A stretch of 64,000 bases of DNA from Marsupella aquatica (GCA_973895155.1 OZ316892.1:25691233-25755232); one strand, 5' to 3'; positions 11,724 through 22,662 are shown, counted from the stretch's first letter. The notes: a model not told the origin generated them from the sequence alone. Numbers and translations: made by a program.

Positions 11724-12781
11724 GACCCTTGTCTCCACTTCACGGTCCGATCAGATGGAAGCTATTGATTCTTGACCTCAACAAAATGTGTTGGGATTCT
11801 GTCAAAACGCCAAGTTCTGGACCGCACCGTAGCGCAACAAGTGTCAAGGGTATCCACTGGGGGAGACGTGGAGGGTTTAACTTTATGTATGTTGAGCGAC
11901 CCCATCTTTACGAGTTCTTAATCGCAGCTTTTTCGTTATTTGATGTTGCCATTTGGACTTGTGCAAGGAAACCTAGGACGGATGAAATGATTCATTTGAT
12001 CTTCAGTCAAGAAGAGCGAGAGCAATTCAAGTTTATTCTCACACAAGAAGATACATTCGATACTGGAATCCAGAGGCCTGACATTATCGATGGGAAGGCA
12101 AATATTCATTTGAAGGATTTGAGGGTGGTTTGGAAACGTTATGGTGGATTATACGACGAAACTAATACACTCCTTCTTGATGACACTCCAATGAAGGCAT
12201 TTGCAAATCCAAAGAATTGTGGGTTGTTTCCTTCCTCATTTTCGCATCACTCCACGGATGATACATTCTTTCCAGAAATACTATGGCCTCTGCTTAGGAA
12301 ATTGTATCATGCCTTCAATCTTAAGTACTACCTTTTTATCAATCATCCAAAGTGGTCTATGATAAATGTTGTAGCGGACAGAGATCAACAGGCTGCCATT
12401 TATGCGTTGTTGACGGAGCGGTGGGGTAGTATGGTATGGGTTCATTCGGTTATCCATACAGTCTTGGATGTCACAGCGGACGAAATTCCTTGGGATGTCA
12501 AGAATGAAGTGCAACAATTACCACCAATGGAGGAATTGACGGAGGAGGCGATCAACGACCTTGCAAAGACATTAATTGGATATCAGTACATAGGACCCTA
12601 TAAAGACAATCATCGGGGATTTGTTTCGGAAGTCTTGAGGTGTAGGGACCTCACCACAAAATTCTGGAGTAGGAAGCATCTCGATTTTTGCAATTGCGAT
12701 ATGAAATATGACCCGTCAGGGTCTAGATTTACTTACTCAAATGAATTTTGCGGGGTGGAGGAGCATGAGATTTGGGTCTAG
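11724..12781 (+). CDS. Transposon cargo: FCP1/SCP (NIF) homology HAD-phosphatase-like domain, terminal exon
   Basis: KLLILDLN..., ERPHLYEFL...FDVAIWT, HLKDLRVVW, NTLLLDDTPMKAFANP. Likely acceptor tctttgcag at 11723 and donor ag|gtatga at 11619. Confidence 0.8.
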
Positions 12782-12896
12782 ATTATCTCGACCCTACACT
12801 GAACAATTACAATGTGAGTTGTAGATATACATATTCTTACTCAAAAAAAAGTGAAGCTATGCGTACTATCCATTTGAGTCTAGATGCTGTTGATCC

Positions 12897-13317
12897 TGTT
12901 GAGCATAGACGACGATCGCAACGGCAAGCCCATGAACCATCCAACGCACAATAGTCGACACAAGAGATACGTGGTTCACCTCCTTGAGGCTACGTCCACG
13001 GGAACACACAAGAGAGCTTTACTGAACTCTAAGCCCGTCAGCTATACCGAGTCTCCACAGTGTAAGCTCTCCCTATCTCTCAAGTGGCTCCATAACAATG
13101 AGCCTTGGTTCTACCTCTCCAAGCACACATGCCTCTTATGATATAGTGTGCAACTTAGTTGTACCTAACCACATAGTTGTACCTAATCACGTAGTTGTAC
13201 CTAACCACATAGTTGTACCTAATCACGTAGTTGTACCTAACCACGTAGTTGTACCAACCCACGTTGTTGTACCAACCACGTCATACCTAACCTAGACGTA
13301 AGAGTAAATACCCAACA
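12897..13317 (-). repeat. 3' LTR of the Copia element (contains 7 units of an 18-bp tandem repeat)
   Basis: tgttgagc...cccaaca; near-identical to 18973-19393. Confidence 0.95.
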
Positions 13318-13332
13318 ATCTTCCCCTTGACT
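13318..13332 (-). promoter_or_regulatory. Polypurine tract
   Basis: Minus strand agtcaaggggaagat immediately precedes the 3' LTR. Confidence 0.85.
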
Positions 13333-13508
13333 CTGGTCTAGGGGAGAGTAATACTGCCAATGTATATGATCCCTCAGCGGGAAGTTCTGGACAGAAACCA
13401 AACCGGTTTCCCTCTCTAACTAGAGCAAACCATAACTAAGCCGTAGCCTAATACATAGGAATGAGGAAGAGCATATATCAGTAATTACAATGAATGTTTA
13501 AGAAAACT

Positions 13509-16500
13509 CTACTTGTGATGCAATTGCAAAACCTGCAATACGTCACGGTGTCTAGAGAAACTCTCCAAAGGAATCACTTTGGTAAATGCGTCAGCCGGGT
13601 TGAGTTTACCATCAATCTTGACTAGCTCAAACAAATTATCAGACACAGCCTGCCTGATAAAATGGTACCTAACGTCAATGTGCTTCACTCTGCTGTCCAT
13701 CACCTGGTTCACAGCAAGGTGGAGCGCACTTTGACTATCACAATGGAGCTTCACATTTCCCTGTGGCAATCCCATTTCAGTGATAAGTCTATCCAACCAA
13801 ATCGCTTCCTTTGCTGCTTCCGCAGCTGCAACATACTCCGCTTCTGTAGTAGACTGAGCAATACACTTCTGCAAAGTAGACCTCCAACTTATGCATCCAC
13901 CGCCAAGTGTGAACACGTATCCTGTTGTTGATCTCCTTCGGTCCAAATCTTGTCCATAGTCAGAATCTACATAGCCAATCAATGATCTAGCATTCTTTGC
14001 ATTCGCATCAAATAAAAGACCATGATCCACGGTACCCTTCAAGTACCTGATAATCCACTTCACTGCTTCCCAGTGTACCTTCCCTGGATTCGACATGTAC
14101 CTGCTCACCTTGCCCATAGCCATGGCAAGATCAGGTCTAGTGCAAGTCATCAAATACATGAGACTCCCCACTGCCTTGTCATATGGAACCTTTGACATCA
14201 ACCCCTTCTCTGTGTCATCCGTAGGACAGAACGCTGATGATAACTTGAAGTGTGGAGCCAACGGGGTACTTACTGGCTTGCTATTCTCCATGTTGAACCT
14301 TGCAATTACCTTCCTCGCATAACTGCTTTGCGTCAACCATAGCTTGCCAGCCTCCAAGTCCCTAGTGATCTCCATACCCAAAATCCTCTTAGCTGGCCCT
14401 AAGTCCTTCATCTTAAACTCTGCACTAAGCAGTGCCTTGAGCTTAACAATCTCAGACCTATCCTTGGCTGCAATTAGCATGTCATCCACATAAAGTACTA
14501 AAACAATGAACCCAAAGACAACATTCTTCACCGGTTTCAAATACACACAAGGATCAAATACACTTCTGTGAAAACCTTGTGACCGAATCCAATCGTCAAA
14601 CCGCTTGTTCCACTGTCTTGGTGACTGCTTCAACCCATACAAGGATTTCAGCAATCTGCAAACCAATTCCTCCTGTCCTCTCTTCACAAAACCTAGCGGT
14701 TGTCTCATGAAGATCACCTCTTCCAATGTGCCATAGAGGAAAGCTGTGACAACATCCATCTGATCTAGGAGCAGACCAAACATTACAACAAGTACACACA
14801 ATAGTCGTATTGTAGAGTACTTAGCAACTGGTGAGAAGACCTCATTGTAATCCACACCTTTCTCTTGTGTGAATCCCTTTGCTACCAATCTAGCCTTGTA
14901 GACCTTCGATCCACCTCCTATGGAATTATCCTTCAGCTTGTAAATCCACTTGCTGTCCACCACTTGCTGACCCTTAGGCAGCTTAACAAGCTCCCAAGTT
15001 TTGTTGTCCTTTAGTGACTGCATCTCCGTTTGCATTGCTGCAGTCCACTTTTGCTTCTCTTTTGAAGCACTTGCCTCATGAAATGAAGAAGGTTCTCCTT
15101 CTTCCAAAATTAACGCATCACCCTCATCATCAGCTGTAAAATCATCCTCTTGCAGTTGAGATGAATCAACCCACTGTCCATACCTTGATGGAGCGCGTAC
15201 AGTGCGACCAGATGTTCTTCTAGCCGATGACTCCGGTTGATCTGCGTGTGCTGGTACAATTTGAAGCTCAACAGCATCCACTTGTTGCTCACCAGCATCA
15301 ACAAACTCCTCTGGTTCCTCTGGCATAGGAACCAGCTCCATAATTGGAGCAACTCCTTCTCTCCGGTCATGCACCTCATAACCAATATCCCCCTCAACGA
15401 GATCCGGGATAGGAGATTTTCCTTTGTCAGTACGGGAGACCTGAGTATTCTCCCCCTCCTTCAATAATCTGGATTCATTGAAGGAAACATCCCTACTGAC
15501 AACGAGCTTACAGGCAATAGGATCCCATAGCCTATAGGCTTTCACACCACTCTGGTACGCAAGAAAAACACATTTCCTGGAGGTAGGATCCAACTTGGTC
15601 CTATTCTGCTTTGGTGTGAGAGCATATGCATCACTTCCAAAAATTACCAAGCCATGATAGTCTGCTTGCCGCTTATAGCGCATCTCAAACGGCGTTTTGA
15701 AATTGATAGCACTAGAAGGAGAAAGATTTACCAAATAAGCTGCGGTATTGACAGCTTCTGCCCAAAATTCTTGTGGTAAACCTGATTGGCTCAACATACT
15801 CCGTGACCGCTCCAACAGTGTCCGATTGAGCCTCTCAGCAACACCATTCTGCTGCGGAGTATAAACTATGGTGAGATGGCGAGTTATCCTCTGTTCTGAA
15901 CAGTACTCTTCAAATTCCATTGAAGTGTACTCCCCGCCGTTGTCTGACCTCAGACTCTTCACCCTTGTATCCAAACACTTGATCGTGTTTCCAGTCTGAT
16001 TCTCCACCTGGGCCTTCCACTTCTTAAAAATGGACAAGACATCAGACTTATGCGTCATGAAATAAATCCACACAAATCTTGAGTAATCATCAATAAATGA
16101 TACATAGTACAACTTTCCAGAGTGTGAGGGAGTCGGGGATGGACCCCACACGTCACTATGTATGTACTCAAGAACCGTTTTGGAACGATGAGTTCCAACA
16201 CCAAAAGCACGACGATGCTGCTTTTCAAGAATGCAATGCTCACAAAACTCTAATTTATAAGATTGCAAATCAGAAATGAATCCATTCTTCCGTAAGATAG
16301 CCAAACCCTTCTCACTCATGTGGCCTAGCCGTGAATGCCACAGTTGAGTCATCTCCTCGTGAGACTTGGTTACATTGGCCTCTCCACATACAGTATTGCC
16401 CTGTAACACATACAAATTCTTTTGTCTACTCCCCTTCAAAATCACTGTCTCTCCCGACCTGACTTGAAGTTCACCATCAATAACGCTCCATTGATGACCA

Positions 16501-16781
16501 TTTGAATCCAACACACCGAGTGAAATCAGATTCTTACGCATGCCAGGTACATACCTGACTCCGGACACTGTGCGCACAGCGCCATCAAACATTTGAATCT
16601 TCACAGACCCAATTCCCTCAATTTGACAGGAGTGATCATTTCCCATCAGAACTGAACCGTTTGAAATAGAGTAAGAACTGAAAAACTCACGAATGTAACA
16701 AATATGAAAAGAGCAAGCACAATCAAGAATCCACACATCATCTGCTCTCCTAGATGACGTGCACAGGGCATACCCCCGGCT
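13509..16781 (-). CDS. pol: Copia Pol (protease, integrase, reverse transcriptase, RNase H); open frame continuous with gag after one TGA
   Basis: WILDCACSFH (PR), LWHSRLGH..CEHC, SDNGGEY, QQNGVAER (IN), YKARLVAKGF, LYVDDMLI (RT), DSD..RRSTTGY, STTEAEY (RH). Over 1075 aa without a stop. Confidence 0.95.
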   Translation of the reverse strand, partial: SRGYALCTSSRRADDVWILDCACSFHICYIREFFSSYSISNGSVLMGNDHSCQIEGIGSVKIQMFDGAVRTVSGVRYVPGMRKNLISLGVLDSNGHQWSVIDGELQVRSGETVILKGSRQKNLYVLQGNTVCGEANVTKSHEEMTQLWHSRLGHMSEKGLAILRKNGFISDLQSYKLEFCEHCILEKQHRRAFGVGTHRSKTVLEYIHSDVWGPSPTPSHSGKLYYVSFIDDYSRFVWIYFMTHKSDVLSIFKKWKAQVENQTGNTIKCLDTRVKSLRSDNGGEYTSMEFEEYCSEQRITRHLTIVYTPQQNGVAERLNRTLLERSRSMLSQSGLPQEFWAEAVNTAAYLVNLSPSSAINFKTPFEMRYKRQADYHGLVIFGSDAYALTPKQNRTKLDPTSRKCVFLAYQSGVKAYRLWDPIACKLVVSRDVSFNESRLLKEGENTQVSRTDKGKSPIPDLVEGDIGYEVHDRREGVAPIMELVPMPEEPEEFVDAGEQQVDAVELQIVPAHADQPESSARRTSGRTVRAPSRYGQWVDSSQLQEDDFTADDEGDALILEEGEPSSFHEASASKEKQKWTAAMQTEMQSLKDNKTWELVKLPKGQQVVDSKWIYKLKDNSIGGGSKVYKARLVAKGFTQEKGVDYNEVFSPVAKYSTIRLLCVLVVMFGLLLDQMDVVTAFLYGTLEEVIFMRQPLGFVKRGQEELVCRLLKSLYGLKQSPRQWNKRFDDWIRSQGFHRSVFDPCVYLKPVKNVVFGFIVLVLYVDDMLIAAKDRSEIVKLKALLSAEFKMKDLGPAKRILGMEITRDLEAGKLWLTQSSYARKVIARFNMENSKPVSTPLAPHFKLSSAFCPTDDTEKGLMSKVPYDKAVGSLMYLMTCTRPDLAMAMGKVSRYMSNPGKVHWEAVKWIIRYLKGTVDHGLLFDANAKNARSLIGYVDSDYGQDLDRRRSTTGYVFTLGGGCISWRSTLQKCIAQSTTEAEYVAAAEAAKEAIWLDRLITEMGLPQGNVKLHCDSQSALHLAVNQVMDSRVKHIDVRYHFIRQAVSDNLFELVKIDGKLNPADAFTKVIPLESFSRHRDVLQVLQLHHK

Positions 16782-17822
16782 TCATAAAACATACTCATCA
16801 TTGAGTAAATCAGCTTCTCCATCAGCCCTAGCCACATTTGCCGATGAAGTTTCCGCTGCCTTTCCCTTACAGTCTCGCTTGAAGTGTCCAACTTGGTTGC
16901 ACTTCCAACATGTCACCTGCCTCCTCTGAGGGGATTTACCCTTGGACTTAGATCTGGATTTAGATCTAAACTGGGTTCTACGGTCCCCAGTTGGTCGCTG
17001 CATACCCCTCCCACGGTTAACATTGAGGGCAGCACCAGATGATGAAGGCTGTGATGTGATGTGCATCTTCTGCTGAAGATCATCACTAAGCAGAGAACTT
17101 ACCACGTCATTATATGAAATGGTATCCCTATCACGATGCAACAACACTCGTGATAGGGACTGGTAAGATGGAGGCAATGAACTAAGAAGCTGCAGAGCCT
17201 TCGTCTCATCATTCAAAGTCTCCCCAAGGTTTTCCAAGTCAACGACCATGTCGTTGAAAGCATCCACATGGTCTTGCAACTTTGTGTCGGATTCCTTCAT
17301 CCTGAAACTCATGAGTTTGTAGGAAGTGTAGAGCCGGTTCGACAACTCCTTGCGGTGATACTTGCTCTGCAATTCCACAAACAAGGACATGCAATCCTTA
17401 TGTGCACCCAACTGCTTGATGATGGGAGGCATGAGATAGAGTGTAACACACCACACTCCCTGCTCCTGCATGCGGTCCCATTGTTTCTCATCAACATCGT
17501 CTTCACGAGGGCTCAGCAGTTGGCCCATCCCTGACGCATAGAGCACTCCCTTCACCTGCTTTTCCCATAGCAAGTAGTCAGAGCGCCCATCATACTTTGT
17601 CACTTCATACTTGGGTCCCCCAAGCTTGAAAGTCCCCATCTTCTTCTTTGGCACTACCGTGAGCTCCGGTAGTAGTACTGCTTCCTCCACCACACGCCGC
17701 ACCGGTGATGGTATCGGTGTCATGTGCTCTTCCTCCTGCTCCTCTCTCTGCCCCTGAAACCGCCGCGGTGATCCTCGTGCTTCAAGTTCCACGTCTTCGA
17801 AAAATTCCTCCGAATCACTCAT
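16782..17822 (-). CDS. gag: Copia Gag with CCHC zinc knuckle
   Basis: ATG at 17822 (MSDSEE...); KYEVTKYDG..YLLWEKQV, LLSSLPPSY, CWKCNQVGHFKRDC. Confidence 0.92.
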   Translation of the reverse strand: MSDSEEFFEDVELEARGSPRRFQGQREEQEEEHMTPIPSPVRRVVEEAVLLPELTVVPKKKMGTFKLGGPKYEVTKYDGRSDYLLWEKQVKGVLYASGMGQLLSPREDDVDEKQWDRMQEQGVWCVTLYLMPPIIKQLGAHKDCMSLFVELQSKYHRKELSNRLYTSYKLMSFRMKESDTKLQDHVDAFNDMVVDLENLGETLNDETKALQLLSSLPPSYQSLSRVLLHRDRDTISYNDVVSSLLSDDLQQKMHITSQPSSSGAALNVNRGRGMQRPTGDRRTQFRSKSRSKSKGKSPQRRQVTCWKCNQVGHFKRDCKGKAAETSSANVARADGEADLLNDEYVL

Positions 17823-18958
17823 ATGAGAAAATCTCAAAAATTGTTGTTTTTCACAACTTCTCAAAAACTCGAAACTCAACACCGCCGCGTAGCCCACAAA
17901 GCTAGGAGTCCGATACTGAAAACCGAAATCAAAATCGAAATTTGACGGAAAAGTTATTCAAATTTTGGTCGAGGTGGGTAAAACCTTGGGAAACTCCCCC
18001 GTTTTGACCACCTCAGGGAATAACCAAAATACCAAGTACAACCCGTTGTCGGAATTACGATGTGATTGGTGCGCCGCGTTGCCAACTTCAATGGCTACGA
18101 CCTCGCCAAAAAATAACCAAAAAAGTTACCGTTCGACGAATGAAATCTTTGTCGGACGGTCAAAAAATAGCTCTCTAGTTTTTTGGAATATTCTATGACC
18201 CTTGTACAGGCCCTGTGGGAATTTTGGAAGAACAATCGAGGGGCTGACACGTGTCCTCGAACCCCCAAAACCCCCTACCACCCTTCGTCGTCGAAATCTG
18301 GTCGTGCGCGCAGAAAATACACACGGCAGAATGTACCCCTCGACACCAAACGCAAGATATCTCACTCGGGTTTTGACGAAATCAAGATCTGATTTCAGAT
18401 TTGGAAACTAGACTTTGAGGCGGTGAAGATCGATATAAGAAGCACCCAAAACGGGGAAAGAACGAGGGAGAAAAAAATTGGTAAAGATGACAGATTTCTC
18501 TCAATTGCCATAGCCAATTTCGAATCAGTTTTTCAAAGAGAAAAAATGGTACCTTGTCAACAACGAATGTTGATCAATTGCACTTGGTGCCGTCACCAAT
18601 CCAACAAGGTAATTGATTTTGCTTAGCCTTCCTCTTTGCATCAAAGAGCCAATCCCGGACTCAAAACAATCGTCTTGCCTCAATCTCTCCGTTGAGTCAA
18701 AACACTTGACGCTTCTCCCTCCGAGTCGATTGTCAACTTTCTTCACAAAATCCAGAACGACGAAAACTTAGATCTCTCTGCACCACGAGCTCCGTTCAGC
18801 AATTTCTTCACACCGTTAGAAAGCTCTTGCCCCGATCTATCCGTTGAGCCCATAAACTCCAAGTTCCATGTGACGGAACTCCGGGAAATCCACCGACACT
18901 CAACGCTGGAAAAACCGTAATGAAATCCCGTCATGAACACACGTCACCTCCCAAGCAT

Positions 18959-18970
18959 GCTCTGATACCA
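18959..18970 (-). promoter_or_regulatory. Primer-binding site for initiator tRNA-Met
   Basis: Minus strand tggtatcagagc, 2 nt after the 5' LTR. Confidence 0.92.
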
Positions 18971-18972
18971 AT

Positions 18973-19393
18973 TGTTGAGCATAGACGACGATCGCAACGG
19001 CAAGCCCATGAACCATCCAACGCACAATAGTCGACACAAGAGATACGTGGTTCACCTCCTTGAGGCTACGTCCACGGGAACACACAAGAGAGCTTTACTG
19101 AACTCTAAGCCCGTCAGCTATACCGAGTCTCCACAGTGTAAGCTCTCCCTATCTCTCAAGTGGCTCCATAACAATGAGCCTTGGTTCTACCTCTCCAAGC
19201 ACACATGCCTCTTATGATATAGTGTGCAACTTAGTTGTACCTAACCACATAGTTGTACCTAATCACGTAGTTGTACCTAACCACATAGTTGTACCTAATC
19301 ACGTAGTTGTACCAACCCACGTTGTTGTACCAACCCACGTTGTTGTACCAACCACGTCATACCTAACCTAGACGTAAGAGTAAATACCCAACA
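18973..19393 (-). repeat. 5' LTR of the Copia element
   Basis: 421 bp, adjacent to the PBS, flanked by TSD gatcc. Confidence 0.95.
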
Positions 19394-20124
19394 GATCCTC
19401 TTTTACTTGTAGATATGTTTTCAGAAAAAGGTTATTTGGGTCTCGACCCTATACAAAGGGAATAGCTAGAGATATAGATTCAACAACGGGTCAAAATTAT
19501 GTTGACCCTACATTTGGGTCGAGATAATCTCCACATAGATTTTTACATAGTAATTGATATACATTCAACAACCGGTCAAAACCATCTAGAGCCTACATTG
19601 GGGCAGACGTGCTCTCGACCCTGTAAAAATAGGTTTTTTACTTTTATAATACATCACCGGTTTACCTTCCGTGTTTGTGTAACTTGGTTATCACGGGTCA
19701 TTTGAATTTATTATATTATCTTATTCTATTTTTTCATTGTTTATATTGTATATAATAAGAACACTTTATTGTCTTTTAATTAATAAGTATTAATAATTGA
19801 TAACTGAATTATTTAATTAATAATTTGGGCATTAGAATTGTAATTTTAGACCTCAAAAAGTGTATATTTGGCCACTAAAATATATGCTTTTGGGGAACAA
19901 GTTATAGAACTTTTGGGGGTAAAATAAGAAATTTGAAGGTCAACTTCTGGACTAGAGAAATTCCAGTTTTAATGAATAGGGTGATAGAATCAAAGAAAGC
20001 CCAAGGTATGTTTGTATATTATAGCACATAATGATGCAAGTGGAGTTGAAGACTATTTGTGAGGCATGTAACTACTTCTACTAACTCTTTGGAACTGACT
20101 TCATTGTCATTGGGCTGTTTGCAG

Positions 20125-22529
20125 GTGGGAGGCCAAATATGACACTCTGATTGGTTTTTTGTGGCCATAAGGATGAGCACACTTGTGAATTTGGATTAGA
20201 AATTCTTGTAGGTGACGGTGAGGATGGCTATAACAAGATTGTAAATACATTTGAGGATTTTAACAAGGGCATGTATGCTAGAGTTGTCATTGTGAATCCA
20301 TTGCATGTTGGAATGCCAAAGTTGGCCCTCTGTGCTATATCAACCTGTAACAAATTCAAGGCATAATGGGTTAGAGAGCATTGGGTGCAATTGAAGGAAT
20401 CATGGGATGTGCATTGCAAAGACTCTGTAGGTCCTTTTCTTGGGCATGCTAGTGATGGTGATGCAAGACGCAGGAAATTGATGTTAGAAGACTACAGAGG
20501 AGAAAATGGCTCTTACCCTAGATTTTCTGTAGGGTGGGAAGGATGGCCTTACTCAGTTGCCATATTGCCTAATGGGGACCTGTATGGTTTTGGTGATCAA
20601 GGCCAGCCTCACAATGGGAAAAAGTTGATTAACCCACTAGATCGAGTGTCCTCAATAATGGCACTTGGAGACCAACATGCTTCCCTATTTCATGTTTGTA
20701 ATGTGTACAATAACTATCCAATCCATCAACATGGATTGAATTGGGATGATGTGAACAGATCCGACCATCACAACTGGGTTGGTCCCCAAAGTATAGCATC
20801 AGAAAAGGTGTGTGACTGTTTAGCAGATTTGCATGGAAGAATTGATATGTTGCATGAACGAAGTTTGGGGACAGAGTTGTATCTGCAGATCTGTGCAAAC
20901 TATATTGACATTTTCTACTCCCAGAGACATGACCTGAGGACTAGAGTGAAGCTGGCAGGTAAAGTTTCTTGGTTCTTTCGATTGTGGAGGTTGTGGTTGA
21001 GGTATGGTGATCATGCTGTAGGTGGAAATGTTACTTCACATACAGAGAGAAATATGATATCAATCCAAGCTTTTCATGATATTAACATGTCATGTCAGTT
21101 TATTGTATTGCTTATATGTGCATTTCGTGATAAATTTTCTCACTTGTGTATTCCATTTCATGAGTTAGGTTCTGATTGTTGTGAGATATTTTTCAGCAAA
21201 GTAGGTGGAATGAGTGGCCATGAGAGGAATTATGATTTTGGCTCCTTGCTGGACAGTGCTGTTGGGTTAAATCATCTTGCTGGATTAGAATGTGGACCAG
21301 AGGGCTTGAAAGTAGCTCGATCACATAAAAAGCAAGATCATGTATGGGCCAAGCTTCATCCTTTACTTGAAGGTGAAGATGCACCTAATCTTTTTGATTA
21401 CTCTGAAGTGCAAACTAATGAGTTGGTGGTTGCAGCCTTGAAAGAAGGTTTTGAAGAAGCAAGAGAGTTTCTTAGAAGGTTACAAATGTCTCCCAGAAGT
21501 GATCTGCCAGCAGCAAGAAAGTGATGGTGGACTCACCCTTGGGATGTGGAAGTTTAGACATGGCCAGATTCAGCTATAATAGCAAAGGCAATTATTGTTG
21601 ACGATTCTAAAGAGCATGTAGAGCATAGATCTCCAATTGGACCTCGTCCAGAAGGAGATTTTCATGAATTTGAAGACCCTGAGGAAGATCTAAATCAAAT
21701 TGATGCATGGTTGACAGATGAGCTAACCATTCCTGATGATGTTTTGCAGGATGGGGTTGAGTTAGACATACCAGAACCTCATTCTGTGGAGGTAGATACT
21801 TTGGGGCATGAGGTTCGTCATGTGCTGTCTTCTGTTGTAGTTGAGTTTACACAGTCTTTTCAGAGCCCTCTACAAGAAAAGAAGAAGGTTTTGCCTATAG
21901 TTACATATGAGGGCAAAACAATTTACAAATCAACTTTGGTGAGTCAACTAGTGGGCAACCCTCATTTGTCTAAAGATAGGCTGACAAGGGTGAAGCAAGT
22001 GGCATACTATAATCTTGGTAAGAGGAAACAATGTGATCCAAATACTATGACTTGTTTTGTTGATGTTGGGAGTGATTGTGGAGTAGCATTTGAAAGTGCT
22101 AATGATGCAGGTCCTTCTACAAGATCAGAAAAGGGGAAAGGTAAGGGAAGAGGTAAATCTAGGATTCAAGAGCCAATAGTGCAAGCAAAGAAAGAATTTT
22201 GGCTTGGTCGGATTATGATGATGAGACAAAAAGTTAAGGGACGATGGACTAGAGTGAGATCTGCTATTGATTTGCTTGATAGACCAACACCTCCTCATGG
22301 ACACGTAGGGTGTATTTGTCAGTTCTTGTTCAATTGGTATAAGCCAACAAGCTCAAGCAAAGTTGAATTCACTTATGATACAACTGATTTACAATGGATT
22401 GATATAGAAATGGTGATGACTAATGTTACTCTAACCATGAAACAAGGGATTGGTTTAGTGTATGTGTTAGATCGAGTTGATAAACAAGCTTTGGATACTT
22501 ATTTGGAGACCATGTCTAGAGTTGAATGA
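20125..22529 (+). pseudogene. Decayed DDE transposase, P-element/THAP9-like
   Basis: ORFs 20151-20366, 20385-21524 and 21711-22529 share one frame broken by 3 stops, with a +1 slip in the T-run near 20155. Motifs GHASDGD (2nd D), DQGQPHNGKKLINPL (D-x2-H region) and LGSDCCEIFFSKVGG (cf. P-type QD.LE.FF...GG). The first catalytic D region was not found. Confidence 0.7.
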
Positions 22530-22601
22530 TTTTCATGCATCAATAGTCATGGTAGTGGTTTTAGTATGTATAGGGGATAGGTTTGGGGAATAGGCTAGGG
22601 G

Positions 22602-22662
22602 GTGGCAGATTTGGATACTTGAGCTTCTTGCTCAATCAGGGGTTCAATTCCCCTCTGCCACA
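22602..22662 (+). ncRNA. D-armless tRNA-like structure downstream of the transposase
   Basis: Acceptor gtggcag/ctgccac (7 bp), arm ttgag-cttcttg-ctcaa (5+7), T-arm agggg-ttcaatt-cccct (5+7); all stems perfectly paired. Expression is not shown. Confidence 0.5.

Larger units (their letters stand above)
12897..19393 (-). mobile_element. Full-length Ty1/copia LTR retrotransposon (Tnt1/Tork-like), 6497 bp, nested in the DNA transposon
   Basis: 421-bp LTRs TG...CA at 12897-13317 and 18973-19393; 5-bp TSD gatcc (12892-12896, 19394-19398); PBS and PPT present; domain order gag-PR-IN-RT-RH. Confidence 0.97.

Noticed and set aside
13098-13295. VVPNH-repeat ORFs (also 19174-19371)
   Set aside because: Translation of the 18-bp LTR tandem repeat on the antisense strand.
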